A DNA stretch of 33,575 nucleotides. Source: an uncultured Clostridia bacterium. Its GTDB lineage: Bacteria; Bacillota; Clostridia; TANB77; CAG-508. Location of the stretch: assembly GCA_947627555.1 (NCBI GenBank), contig CANQWL010000003.1, positions 1-33,575 of the forward strand, read 5' to 3'. Position numbers and translations under genes: made by a program. This document shows, piece after piece, positions 9,056-19,472 of this stretch; position 1 is the stretch's first letter; each line of letters begins with the position of its first letter. Below the pieces are notes generated by a model. It worked only from the letters and a program-made list of their open reading frames with translations. It searched no databases and was not told where the DNA came from.

Positions 9056-11554
9056 ATGGAATTAAAAGATATAGGAAATGCATTAGGCAAGGAAGCAAAG
9101 GATAAAATAAAAAAATTTATAATAAGAAAAATTGCCATACCTGCAATGGCATCTGTTATGGGTATTGTATTAATAGCAGGAGTTTTTATGGTAATAACAG
9201 AAGCCATAAAGGATGCTGCAGGAAAGGTTGCAGAAGCTGCTTCATCAGTATTTGGAGGAGAATTTGATAATACTCAAGACCTTCCTACTATTACTATAAG
9301 TGATGACCTTATTGAAGAAATAAAAAAGCAATTAACTGAAGATGCAATTGATATAGATTCAACATATTTAACGGACAAACTATTAAAGAAATCATTAGAA
9401 GCATATTATGCTACACAATATCCGTATATTGAAGGCGCAAATTATACAGATGATGTAGTTAAAGGATGTATTTATTTAAAAAGAAATGACAATGATTTGA
9501 AATATATTAACTATAATAATTTTAAAAATTATTTAGGAGATAATAAAAGTGAATCAGATTTAGAAAATGCAAAAAAAATTTTTTCTATGGATGACAATGA
9601 TAATATAGTTGTTGTTACATGGTCTAAAAGCGTAAAAAGTGTTGAAAATACAGAAAATGGAAATAAACAAGGTGGCACAGAAGGCGGATATTCAATTACA
9701 GAATATAAAATAGATCAAAAAAATTTAACTTCATCATATGCAATGTCATACAAATTACCTATATTGCTTGCAAATCTATATTCAAATGAAGGCTTTGGAA
9801 TAGCAGTTGCAGAGCTAGGAATTAATTCGAAAATAGAATTGACAGTATTAGATAATACAACAAAAACAGAAACAGAATCTAAAGAATATTTTAAAATGAA
9901 TTATAAGGCAAGTGGAACGTGTGAATGGCAAAGTATAGGTGGTCCTGTTAGTAAAAATTTTGAAGACTTAACATGGACAGAAGATTATACAACAAATCCA
10001 TATAAAATTACAACACAAATAACCGAAGAAAATTCAATAACCATACAACCAACATTACTGGATACTTGGGTAGCAAAAGGTGAAGTTTCTGATATTACTA
10101 CAGATGAAAAAACTACCTCTAATGCTGACAATCCTGATTCAACAGATTTATCTAATAATCCACAAGATTATACAGCTGATCCTACTATATCACTTACACC
10201 AGAACAACAAAAGCAAATAAATGATCAAATGCTAGAGGAAAAAGATGAAAAAACAGGAGCGATTGTTCCAATTATAAAAAATATAAATGCTACAATCTAT
10301 AAAAAAATGACAGACCATAAATCTACAACGACAACAACTACTACAGAAACAACAACTACAGCTTCTGATATGGAATTAGAAGATAATACAGATGGATTTT
10401 TAGCTTTAATAAAAGCAAATAATAAGGGTGAATATGATTCAGAAGGCAAATTGGTTAAATACGTAAAGAAAGAAAATTCTGATGATACTAAAGAAGATGT
10501 TGAAAGCGAATTTTTAAGTTCTATAGATATGGTAATAGAAATATTAGAAAGAGATGATGAGGTTTCTGATTATGCGAACACAATGAAATATATTTATTAT
10601 AAATATACAAATGATGAAGATTATAAAACTGAATTAGATTTTTCTGCTTATGGTAAAAGTAATTTTACAAGTAATAAAAATAATATTTCTGCAGATGATT
10701 TTATAGTAAAAACTGATGAAACCAATGCTGCACCAACAGTTCCAAAGGATCAATTGGAGAAGGGATTAAAAAAATGGGTTTCAGGTAGTCAACAAACAAA
10801 TGCATTAAAAGTTTTAGACAAAGTAATAGAATATGAAAAAACATACAAAGTAAATGCAATATTTACTTATGCAATAATGCGATATGAATCTGGTGTAGGA
10901 ACTGCAGATAGTAGTTGGGTAAGAGAAAATAACTGGATGAGTTTAACAAGTTTAGGGCACATACAATATTCATCTCCTCAAGCAAATATTGAAAAATACT
11001 GCGATATTATAGCAAACGGAACGTATTATTTTAAAGCAGGTATATATAATTTATATGGAATAGGAGATATTTATAATGGTTCTACTTCATGGTCAGACAT
11101 AGTGAAAGGTTTTATGGTAGATTTGTATAATGATTGTGATGTAAGTTTAGATACAACATCTACTGGGTCTGCTGGGTCTACTGGAGGAAATCAAGGAATT
11201 GTAGAAACTGCTAAATCTAAAATGGGTTGTCCATACGTATATGGTGCAAAAGGTCCGAATACATTTGACTGTTCAGGTTTTGTATATTGGGTATATCAAC
11301 AACATGGTATAAGTGTTCCAGGAAGTACAGCTTTATATAAGCCATATAAAAATTCAAAAATAGAGATATCATGGAATGAAGCCCAACCAGGAGATATATT
11401 GCTTGTATTTGCGGAGGAAAGAGGCACAACTAATGGTCATGCAGCAATTTATTTAGGAGATAATAAATATATTCATGCACCTCAAACAGGAGATGTTGTA
11501 AAAATATCAGAAGGAGCAAAATCATCATTTAAACATGTTTTTAGATTTAAGTAG
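9056..11554 (+). CDS. Cell-wall hydrolase: C-terminal NlpC/P60 peptidase preceded by a lysozyme/glucosaminidase-like domain (VirB1-like role)
   Basis: 832 aa; PYVYGAKGPNTFDCSGFV...GDILL...GHAAIYLG...IHA (Cys-His-His triad); VNAIFTYAIMRYESGVG...NNWMSL segment; N-terminal TM. Confidence 0.85.
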   Translation: MELKDIGNALGKEAKDKIKKFIIRKIAIPAMASVMGIVLIAGVFMVITEAIKDAAGKVAEAASSVFGGEFDNTQDLPTITISDDLIEEIKKQLTEDAIDIDSTYLTDKLLKKSLEAYYATQYPYIEGANYTDDVVKGCIYLKRNDNDLKYINYNNFKNYLGDNKSESDLENAKKIFSMDDNDNIVVVTWSKSVKSVENTENGNKQGGTEGGYSITEYKIDQKNLTSSYAMSYKLPILLANLYSNEGFGIAVAELGINSKIELTVLDNTTKTETESKEYFKMNYKASGTCEWQSIGGPVSKNFEDLTWTEDYTTNPYKITTQITEENSITIQPTLLDTWVAKGEVSDITTDEKTTSNADNPDSTDLSNNPQDYTADPTISLTPEQQKQINDQMLEEKDEKTGAIVPIIKNINATIYKKMTDHKSTTTTTTTETTTTASDMELEDNTDGFLALIKANNKGEYDSEGKLVKYVKKENSDDTKEDVESEFLSSIDMVIEILERDDEVSDYANTMKYIYYKYTNDEDYKTELDFSAYGKSNFTSNKNNISADDFIVKTDETNAAPTVPKDQLEKGLKKWVSGSQQTNALKVLDKVIEYEKTYKVNAIFTYAIMRYESGVGTADSSWVRENNWMSLTSLGHIQYSSPQANIEKYCDIIANGTYYFKAGIYNLYGIGDIYNGSTSWSDIVKGFMVDLYNDCDVSLDTTSTGSAGSTGGNQGIVETAKSKMGCPYVYGAKGPNTFDCSGFVYWVYQQHGISVPGSTALYKPYKNSKIEISWNEAQPGDILLVFAEERGTTNGHAAIYLGDNKYIHAPQTGDVVKISEGAKSSFKHVFRFK

Positions 11555-11569
11555 AAGGAGAATAATTAA

Positions 11570-12877
11570 ATGAGAAAAATAAAGATCACTATTTTAGAAA
11601 TGATCGTTTTAATTATAATTTTGATAGTATCAGTAATAGGTTTAAAATTTAAAAATAATAATAGTAATAACGAAATAATATTAAAAGATGAAGATTTGGG
11701 AGAAGAAATTCAAATTGTAGATGAAGTTACACCAGTAAAAGATGCTAATATATTTTATTCTGTTTCATATACAATAGATAAATATTTTAGTAATTTATAT
11801 GTAAATGATAATTTTACGGAGGAAGAAAAAAAAGAGAAAGCAGTGTATTTATGTAATGTCTTAGATAAAGAATTCATAAAAAATGAAAAAATTTCACAAA
11901 ATACTGTATTAGAGATACTTAAAGGATATCAAGGAGAATTTAAATTTACAGCAACAAAAATGAATCAACTAATTACTAAAAATAATTATCAAACATATAT
12001 AGTGAAAGGTATATTAGAAAAATCTGGTACAAATGAATACTTACAAGATTGTTATTTTAAAGTAATAGTTAACAGTGATAATAATACTTATTCAATATAT
12101 CCAATCATGCAAGATATGTATTCAGATATATCCGAAATAAATGTATCTAATAATGATAATATAGAAGAAATAGAAAAAAATAAAGATAATGAATTTATCA
12201 TTTTAACTGTTAATGATGATAATCTTATAAAAAGATATATAGCATATTATAAAAATATGGCATTAAACCATACTGAGATGGCATATGAATTGTTAAATGA
12301 TGAATATAGAAATAAAAGATTTAAAAATTTAGAAAGTTTTATAAAGAATACAAAACAAAATAAAGATGTGATTGATAATATAATTATAGATAAATATAAA
12401 GTAGAACAATATGATGATTATATCTTATATATAGTAGTTGATATATACAATAATTATTACATATTTAAGGAAACTGCTATAATGCAATTTGATTTAATGT
12501 TAGATACATACACAATAGATTCAGAAGAATTTTTAAAAAAATACAATAATGGATCAGAACAATTGAAAGTAGGAATGAATTTAGAAAAAATATTTCAAGC
12601 ATTAAATAGAAAAGATTATGAGTATATTTATAGTAAATTACATGAGCAATTTAAAGAAAATAATTTCCCTACGTTACAAAGCTTTGAAAAATATATGCAA
12701 GAAAATTTCTTTGATATGAATAAGATTACTTATGGAAAATTCGAAGAAAAATCAGGAGCTTATGTATATGAAATAGAAATAACAGATGCGACAGAAACAG
12801 AAGAAAATACAATAGAAAAAAGTTTTATTATCCAATTAGGTGAAGGAACAGATTTTGTAATGTCATTTAATAAATAG
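11570..12877 (+). CDS. Membrane-anchored hypothetical protein with internally repeated domain
   Basis: 435 aa; N-terminal TM; repeated AYELLNDEYRNKRFKNLESF / IYSKLHEQFKENNFPTLQSF motifs; last gene of the operon. Confidence 0.6.
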   Translation: MRKIKITILEMIVLIIILIVSVIGLKFKNNNSNNEIILKDEDLGEEIQIVDEVTPVKDANIFYSVSYTIDKYFSNLYVNDNFTEEEKKEKAVYLCNVLDKEFIKNEKISQNTVLEILKGYQGEFKFTATKMNQLITKNNYQTYIVKGILEKSGTNEYLQDCYFKVIVNSDNNTYSIYPIMQDMYSDISEINVSNNDNIEEIEKNKDNEFIILTVNDDNLIKRYIAYYKNMALNHTEMAYELLNDEYRNKRFKNLESFIKNTKQNKDVIDNIIIDKYKVEQYDDYILYIVVDIYNNYYIFKETAIMQFDLMLDTYTIDSEEFLKKYNNGSEQLKVGMNLEKIFQALNRKDYEYIYSKLHEQFKENNFPTLQSFEKYMQENFFDMNKITYGKFEEKSGAYVYEIEITDATETEENTIEKSFIIQLGEGTDFVMSFNK

Positions 12878-12880
12878 AAA

Positions 12881-12925
12881 TACACCTCCAAGTGTTAGAG
12901 TTTTATTTAACATTTTGGAGGTGTA
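12881..12925. terminator. Hairpin between convergent genes (probable bidirectional terminator)
   Basis: TACACCTCCAA...TTGGAGGTGTA perfect 11-bp stem extended by (G)TGTTA/TAACAT. Confidence 0.7.
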
Positions 12926-12953
12926 TCTAATTAATAATACAGCTATTTTTGAT

Positions 12954-13634
12954 TTAATTATTAAATTGAAATAGATTAAGAAATAAATCAACAACATATT
13001 TTATAATAATATTTTCATTGTATAAATCAACAAAATAATTTTTAACAAAAGGAATTTGCCATAATAGTATAAAGATAAATATAAAAATAATAAATGTTAT
13101 TAAATTATTAATATAATCTTTAAAAGTTTTCTTATATCTAATTTTATAACCTCGATTTTTTAAGTCTTGAATATATGCATCATGGTAAGCTCTATTAATA
13201 GCATCATTAATTTGCCTATTATATTCTTGTTCATATTTTTTTTGCTGTTCTGCTTGCATTCTTGCTTGTTCTACATCATAATTTATATTATTGTTTATTT
13301 GTTCATTATAATTAGGTGCGGTACTTTGACTATTTTGATTATTATTTGTTTCATCTTGATACATTTGAGAATTTTCATAATTTATGTTACTTTTTTGTTG
13401 ATTTAGTAATTCAGATTGCTCTAATTCCAAGTTATATTGTTTTCTTTTTTCTTCATTAGATAAAACATCATAAGCTTCATTAATCAGTTTTAGTTTTTCT
13501 TCATATTCTTGTTTTAATTCATTTTCTTGTAAATCAGGATGATATTTTCTAACAAGAACCTTATAAGCTTTTTCAATAATTTCTGGAGAGGCATTTTTAT
13601 TAATTTCTAATATATCATAATAATTTTTTTCCAT
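12954..13634 (-). CDS. DnaJ-domain protein with C-terminal TM
   Basis: NYYDILEI...KYHPD...INEAYDVLS J-domain with HPD motif; hydrophobic C-terminal helix. Confidence 0.9.
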   Translation of the reverse strand: MEKNYYDILEINKNASPEIIEKAYKVLVRKYHPDLQENELKQEYEEKLKLINEAYDVLSNEEKRKQYNLELEQSELLNQQKSNINYENSQMYQDETNNNQNSQSTAPNYNEQINNNINYDVEQARMQAEQQKKYEQEYNRQINDAINRAYHDAYIQDLKNRGYKIRYKKTFKDYINNLITFIIFIFIFILLWQIPFVKNYFVDLYNENIIIKYVVDLFLNLFQFNN

Positions 13635-13791
13635 AATAAAACCCTTTCTATATTATAAATATAACATAAAAAGAATTAAATCTCAATAACAAATTATATT
13701 AAAAATAAATTATTGATAATTGAATTATTAATAATTTATTTTTACAATCACAATAAAAAATTTTTTTCATATTTTATTATTGGTGATTAAT

Positions 13792-14658
13792 ATGAAAAGA
13801 GGATTGTGCTTAGCAGGTGGAGGAGTTAAAGGAGCTGCTCATATAGGTGCTATAAAAGCATTTGAAGAAGAAAATATAGAATTTGATTACATAGGAGGAA
13901 CATCTTCTGGAAGCATTGTTGCTTGCCTATATGCAGCAGGATTTTCTTCTGATGAAATGTATGAAATATTTAAAAAGTATTGCAAAAAAATTAAATATGC
14001 AGACATAACACAGGTGCTTAAATTAATATTTGGTTTAATTTTTACAGGAAGAATTGTAATTAGCGGATTAAATAATGGTAAGAATTTAGAAAAGTTAATT
14101 AATAAAGTATGTAATAAAAAGAAAATCTATAATATATCACAAATAAAAAAACCTTTAGTTATTCCAAGTGTAGATTTATGTAACGGAAATGTAATTTGTT
14201 TTACATCCTGTAAAATTCGATCACAGATTTCAGATGAGATTGAATTTATTAATGATATTGAAATAGGAAAAGCTGTTAGAGGAAGTTGTAGTTATCCAGT
14301 AGTTTTTTGTCCTTGTAAATATAGAGATACAAAATTAATTGATGGAGGAATAAGAGAAAATGTACCTTGGAAAGAAATAAAAATGTTAGGAGCAGACAAA
14401 GTTTTAAACATTATTTTTGATGAAAAATCTAACAAAGTATGTAGTAAAAATTTAGTTGAAATAGCTGGTCGTTCTCTCAGTTTAATGGGAAGAGAACTAT
14501 CAAATTATGAATTAGAAGGTGCAGATTATAATATAATAATTAAAAGCGAAAAAGTAGGACTTTTAGATATGAAGAAAATTGATGAATTATATGAATTAGG
14601 GTATAAACAGACAAAAAAAGAAATAAAAAAATATATATTACAAGAATTCGAAAATTAA
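13792..14658 (+). CDS. Patatin-like phospholipase
   Basis: GGGVKG, GTSSG and DGG motifs; start likely ATG 13792 after GGTGA RBS. Confidence 0.9.
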   Translation: MKRGLCLAGGGVKGAAHIGAIKAFEEENIEFDYIGGTSSGSIVACLYAAGFSSDEMYEIFKKYCKKIKYADITQVLKLIFGLIFTGRIVISGLNNGKNLEKLINKVCNKKKIYNISQIKKPLVIPSVDLCNGNVICFTSCKIRSQISDEIEFINDIEIGKAVRGSCSYPVVFCPCKYRDTKLIDGGIRENVPWKEIKMLGADKVLNIIFDEKSNKVCSKNLVEIAGRSLSLMGRELSNYELEGADYNIIIKSEKVGLLDMKKIDELYELGYKQTKKEIKKYILQEFEN

Positions 14659-14667
14659 ATATATTAA

Positions 14668-14825
14668 ATTTAGAAAATAATAAAAAGAAAAGTTTATATT
14701 TTTTCTTTAACTTGCTTCTTTACATCGGTACTGTAACAAGCTAGCTTTAATAGTACACGGAGGTTTTCACGGAAAAGCTCGTTTTAGAAAAATATATAAA
14801 CTTTTCTTATAATATATTTTTAAAT
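14668..14825 (+). ncRNA. Candidate structured ncRNA (6S-like long hairpin); may double as terminator
   Basis: Perfect 15-bp closing stem 14685-14699/14794-14808, further interrupted stems, central bubble and GC-richer apical stem. G-U pairs favour the + strand. Confidence 0.4.
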
Positions 14826-14864
14826 CTTATTTATAGTGCATGTTGTTAATTTATTATATAACTT

Positions 14865-17800
14865 TTATTTTTTTGTAACAATGTCTTTAGACTCATCTAA
14901 AGAACTATTTTCCATATCAATAGCCTTTTTCTCATTTTGTTTTATTTTCAAATTATCCTTTGCAACTGTCATTAACAATTTAATTCTATTTGCTTGATTA
15001 GACTCACTAGCACCAGGGTCATAATCAACTGGTGAAATGTTTGCTTCAGGATATTTTTCTCTAATTGTTTTTATAACACCTTTTCCTACAACATGATTTG
15101 GTAAGCATGCAAATGGCTGAACACAAACAATATTTGGAATATCATGCTCAATATATTCAATCATTTCAGCAGTTAAAAACCAACCTTCTCCTGTTTGATT
15201 ACCAATTGATAAAACATCTTTTACTTTTTCTTCTAAATGCCAAATATCACAAGGTGGCAAATAACCTTTTTTAGAATTTGCTAAAGCAATTTTTAAATCT
15301 TTTTCTAAAATATCTATAATTTTAATTGCAGCTTTACTTATTTTTGCAGATGTTTTATTAGTATTTAATAAACGATTAAATGTAATTCTGTGTGTTGCCA
15401 TAAATTTTACAAATCCCATAAAGTCAGGAAGAATTACTTCTGCTCCTTCTTTTTCTAAAAGATCTGCAACATAGTTGTTTCCAAAAGGATGGTATTTTAT
15501 TAATACTTCACCAACAATTCCAACTTTAGGTTTTTCGACAGATGTATCTAATTCAATTTTTTCAAAGTCATTTACAATGTCATAAATGCTTTGTTTAAAT
15601 TCTTTATTACTAGATTTTTCTAATAATTTTTTACATTTTTCCATCCATTTATTAAATAAAGCTTGGGTTTCACCTTTATTTATTTCATATGCTCTATTTT
15701 TTGTAAGCATTTTTTGTAAAAGGTCTGCATATACAACAGTTTTAACTAATCTATCAATAAAAGGTACAGTTATTTTAAATCCTGGCATTTTCTCCATACC
15801 AACAAAGTTAAGCGAAATAACTGGAATATTGCTAAGACCAGCATCTTTTAAGGCTTTTCTAATAAATCCAATATAGTTAGTAGCTCTACAACCACCACCT
15901 GTTTGCGTGATAATTAAGGCAGTTTTATTTAAATCATATTTTCCAGATTGTAAAGCTTCTATCATTTGACCAGTAACTAATATAGATGGATAACATGCAT
16001 CATTATTAACATATTTTAAACCTGTTTCTACTGTTTTTTGCGTACACTCTCTTAATAGTTCCACATGATATCCGACAGATCTTGCAGCAGTTTCTATTAA
16101 TTCAAAATGAATTGGAGCCATTTGAGGAAATAAAATTGTATAATCTTTTTTCATTTCTTTTGTAAAGATTTTCTTTTTTACTCCATAATCTCCATCTAAT
16201 TTTTCTACTTGTTGTTCTTTTTCACGTTTTTTCATACTAGCAAGTAGAGAACGAATACGAATTCTTACTGCTCCCAAGTTATTAACTTCATCTATTTTTA
16301 TTAATGTATACATTTTGTTAAAACTTGATAAAATTTCTTCTACCTGATCTGTTGTTACTGCATCAACACCACAACCAAAAGAATTTAGTTGAATTAATTC
16401 TAAATTATCGTGTTTTCCAACGAAATCTGCTGCTGCATATAATCTTGCATGAAATACCCATTGATCTACTACTCTTAAAGGACGTTTTGCTTCTGTTTTA
16501 TCAGAAATACTATCTTCTGTTAGTACGCAAAGTCCTAAAGAAGTAATTAAAGTGTCTATTCCATGATTAATTTCAGGGTCTATATGATAAGGTCTACCAG
16601 CTAAAACAATTCCTTTTAAATTATTTTCTTCAATATATCTAACTGTATCAGTGCCCTTATCCCTAATATCTTTTTTACATTTTTGATATTCTGCTTCTGC
16701 CTTTTCTGCAGCTTCATTTAGTTCAGCTTTTGTAAATTGATATTCTTTAAATTCATCCAATTCTAATATTTTCTTTACTAAATTCTTTTTGTCAAATGGC
16801 AAAAATGGGTTAATAAATTTTATATTATCTTTTTTTAGATTTTCTATATTGTTTTTTAATACTTCAGAATATGATATAACAATTGGGCAATTGTAGTGAT
16901 TATCTGCTTTTTCGTATTCTTTTCTAGAATATGGCATACAAGGATAGAAAATAGTTGTTATTCCTTGTTCTAAAAGGCTTTCTATATGTCCATGTGAAAG
17001 TTTTGCAGGATAACATACAGATTCAGATGGCATAGATTCCATTCCTTTTTCATAAGTTTTTCTTGTACTTTTTTCAGATAAGACAACTCTAAATCCTAAA
17101 CTTGTAAGAAATGTAAACCAGAATGGATAATCCTCGTACATATTTAAAACCCTAGGAATTCCTATTGTTCCTCTTGGAGCAAATTGTTCCTCTAGTGGCT
17201 TATAATCAAAGATTCTCTCATATTTATATTGTACTAAATTTGGTAAATTTTGTTTTTTTGTTACAATTCCAGCACCTTTTTCACAACGGTTTCCTGAAAT
17301 GTGTTTTTGACCGTTACTAAAAGAGTTAATTGTTAATTTACAATGATTTTCGCAACCATTACAACGAGTATGTGTTACTTTTATCTCTAATTTATCTAAT
17401 TCTTCTAATTTTAAAATTGTAGAAGAATATTCCATATCTAAATTTGCTTCATATTGTTCTTTTGAAAGTAAAGCCATTCCATATGCTCCCATAAGTCCAG
17501 AAATATCTGGTCTTACTACATTTTTTCCAACTATTAATTCAAAAGCTCTTAAGACAGCGTCATTATAGAAAGTACCACCTTGTACAACTATATGCTTTCC
17601 AAGGGTTTCAACATCTCTTACTTTCATTACTTTTTGAATTGCATTTTTTATAACAGAATAAGAAAGTCCGCTAGAAATGTCTCCAACAGAATAACCCTCC
17701 TTTTGAGCTTGTTTTATTTTAGAATTCATAAATACTGTACATCTAGATCCTAAATCAACAGGCCTTTTTGCTTCAATTGCTTCTTTTACGAACTCAGATA

Positions 17801-19190
17801 TTTCTATATTTAAGCTCTTAGCAAAAGTTTCAATAAATGAGCCACAACCTGATGAACAAGCTTCATTTAATAATATATTATCAATAGAGCCATTTTTCAT
17901 TTTGATATATTTCATATCTTGGCCACCAATATCAACAATACTTGTAACATCTGGTTCAAATTGTTTAGCTGCTGTATAGTGTGCAATTGTTTCAATTTCA
18001 TTTAAATCAACATTTAATGCAGTTTGAATTAATTTTTCTCCATACCCTGTAACACCGCTATAGCGTAAAGTAGCTTTTTTAGGTAATACAGAATAAAGCT
18101 CTTTTAACATATTTATAACACTATCTAAAGGATTTCCTTCATTACTTCCATATAATGAATATAAAAGATTTCCTTCGTTATCAATTAATACAAGTTTAGT
18201 TGTTGTAGAACCTGCATCAATTCCAAGGTAACAATCACCTTCATAAGATTCTAGTTCTTTTTTTGGTACTTGATTTTTCTGATGTCTTTCTTTAAATGCG
18301 ATATATTCATCTTTATTTTTAAATAATGGGTCTAAAGGTTTTGTAGTATTGTCTTGAGAAATTCTTAAATGTTCAATTTTCTTTTCTAATTGGTCTGGAG
18401 TAATAATATCAGATTGAATAGAATCTAAAGCAGCTCCTTTTGCAACTAAAAGATGAGCTTCCTCTGGTACAATGATTTCATCTTCTTTTAATTGTAATGT
18501 TTCAATAAATCTAGTTCTTAATTCAGATAAATAATTTAAAGGACCTCCTAAAAAGGCAACATTTCCTCTAATTGGTCTACCACAAGCAAGACCACTAATT
18601 GTTTGATTAACAACTGCTTGAAAAATAGATGCTGCAATATCCTCTTTTGCTGCACCTTCATTAATTAAAGGTTGAATATCAGTTTTAGCAAAAACTCCAC
18701 AACGAGAAGCAATAGGATAAATTGTTTGATATCCTTTTGCTAATTCATTTAATCCTGCAGTATCTGTATGTAATAATGATGCCATTTGGTCTAAAAATGC
18801 ACCTGTACCTCCAGCACAAGTTCCATTCATACGTTGCTCAATAGATTGGTCAAAATAAATGATTTTAGCATCTTCTCCACCTAATTCAATTACAACATCA
18901 GTTTTAGGTATATATTTTTCAACGGCTCTTTTACAAGAAACAACTTCTTGAATAAAGTCTACTCTCAAAAATTTAGCGGCAGACATTGCTCCAGAACCTG
19001 TTAATGATAGAGTAAATGAGTTAAGAGGAAATTTAGCCAATAAATTTTCTAAAACATTACATACTGTATTTTTTGTATCTGAAAAGTGTCTTTGATAATC
19101 TTTATATATTGTATTTTTTTGGTGGTCCATAACAACAATTTTTACAGTTGTAGAACCAACGTCTAAACCAACATGTAATATATTTTCCAT
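14865..19190 (-). CDS. 2-hydroxyacyl-CoA dehydratase activator-like multidomain protein (two BadF/BcrA-D ATPase domains plus DUF2229-type region)
   Basis: 1441 aa; GLDVGSTT and GIDAGSTT; CAGGTG..SRCGVF and CSSGCG..SRCTVF Fe-S motifs; CNGCENHC. Confidence 0.9.
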   Translation of the reverse strand: MENILHVGLDVGSTTVKIVVMDHQKNTIYKDYQRHFSDTKNTVCNVLENLLAKFPLNSFTLSLTGSGAMSAAKFLRVDFIQEVVSCKRAVEKYIPKTDVVIELGGEDAKIIYFDQSIEQRMNGTCAGGTGAFLDQMASLLHTDTAGLNELAKGYQTIYPIASRCGVFAKTDIQPLINEGAAKEDIAASIFQAVVNQTISGLACGRPIRGNVAFLGGPLNYLSELRTRFIETLQLKEDEIIVPEEAHLLVAKGAALDSIQSDIITPDQLEKKIEHLRISQDNTTKPLDPLFKNKDEYIAFKERHQKNQVPKKELESYEGDCYLGIDAGSTTTKLVLIDNEGNLLYSLYGSNEGNPLDSVINMLKELYSVLPKKATLRYSGVTGYGEKLIQTALNVDLNEIETIAHYTAAKQFEPDVTSIVDIGGQDMKYIKMKNGSIDNILLNEACSSGCGSFIETFAKSLNIEISEFVKEAIEAKRPVDLGSRCTVFMNSKIKQAQKEGYSVGDISSGLSYSVIKNAIQKVMKVRDVETLGKHIVVQGGTFYNDAVLRAFELIVGKNVVRPDISGLMGAYGMALLSKEQYEANLDMEYSSTILKLEELDKLEIKVTHTRCNGCENHCKLTINSFSNGQKHISGNRCEKGAGIVTKKQNLPNLVQYKYERIFDYKPLEEQFAPRGTIGIPRVLNMYEDYPFWFTFLTSLGFRVVLSEKSTRKTYEKGMESMPSESVCYPAKLSHGHIESLLEQGITTIFYPCMPYSRKEYEKADNHYNCPIVISYSEVLKNNIENLKKDNIKFINPFLPFDKKNLVKKILELDEFKEYQFTKAELNEAAEKAEAEYQKCKKDIRDKGTDTVRYIEENNLKGIVLAGRPYHIDPEINHGIDTLITSLGLCVLTEDSISDKTEAKRPLRVVDQWVFHARLYAAADFVGKHDNLELIQLNSFGCGVDAVTTDQVEEILSSFNKMYTLIKIDEVNNLGAVRIRIRSLLASMKKREKEQQVEKLDGDYGVKKKIFTKEMKKDYTILFPQMAPIHFELIETAARSVGYHVELLRECTQKTVETGLKYVNNDACYPSILVTGQMIEALQSGKYDLNKTALIITQTGGGCRATNYIGFIRKALKDAGLSNIPVISLNFVGMEKMPGFKITVPFIDRLVKTVVYADLLQKMLTKNRAYEINKGETQALFNKWMEKCKKLLEKSSNKEFKQSIYDIVNDFEKIELDTSVEKPKVGIVGEVLIKYHPFGNNYVADLLEKEGAEVILPDFMGFVKFMATHRITFNRLLNTNKTSAKISKAAIKIIDILEKDLKIALANSKKGYLPPCDIWHLEEKVKDVLSIGNQTGEGWFLTAEMIEYIEHDIPNIVCVQPFACLPNHVVGKGVIKTIREKYPEANISPVDYDPGASESNQANRIKLLMTVAKDNLKIKQNEKKAIDMENSSLDESKDIVTKK

Positions 19191-19260
19191 TTAAAAAATC
19201 TCCTTATAAAGTTTATATTAAACGAATTTGATACATAATTGAATTTTTGTAATCTCCTTT

Positions 19261-19289
19261 ATTTTATACGGAAAACGGCATTTTGTCAA
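19261..19289 (-). promoter_or_regulatory. sigma-A promoter of the CoA-activase gene
   Basis: Minus strand TTGACA-17 nt-TAAAAT. Confidence 0.75.
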
Positions 19290-19472
19290 ATGGAAAAAAC
19301 TGAAAAATGTAAAACAATTTAAGTAAAAATTTTTTATAAATTTTATAGAATTTTTATTTTTAATTTTTTGTTCTAATATGGACAAACAAATAATAATATT
19401 AAATAAAAATAAAAATTTAAAGAAAGGAGTGTATGATTATTTAAGTTATTAAATATATCATATAAGAAAACT

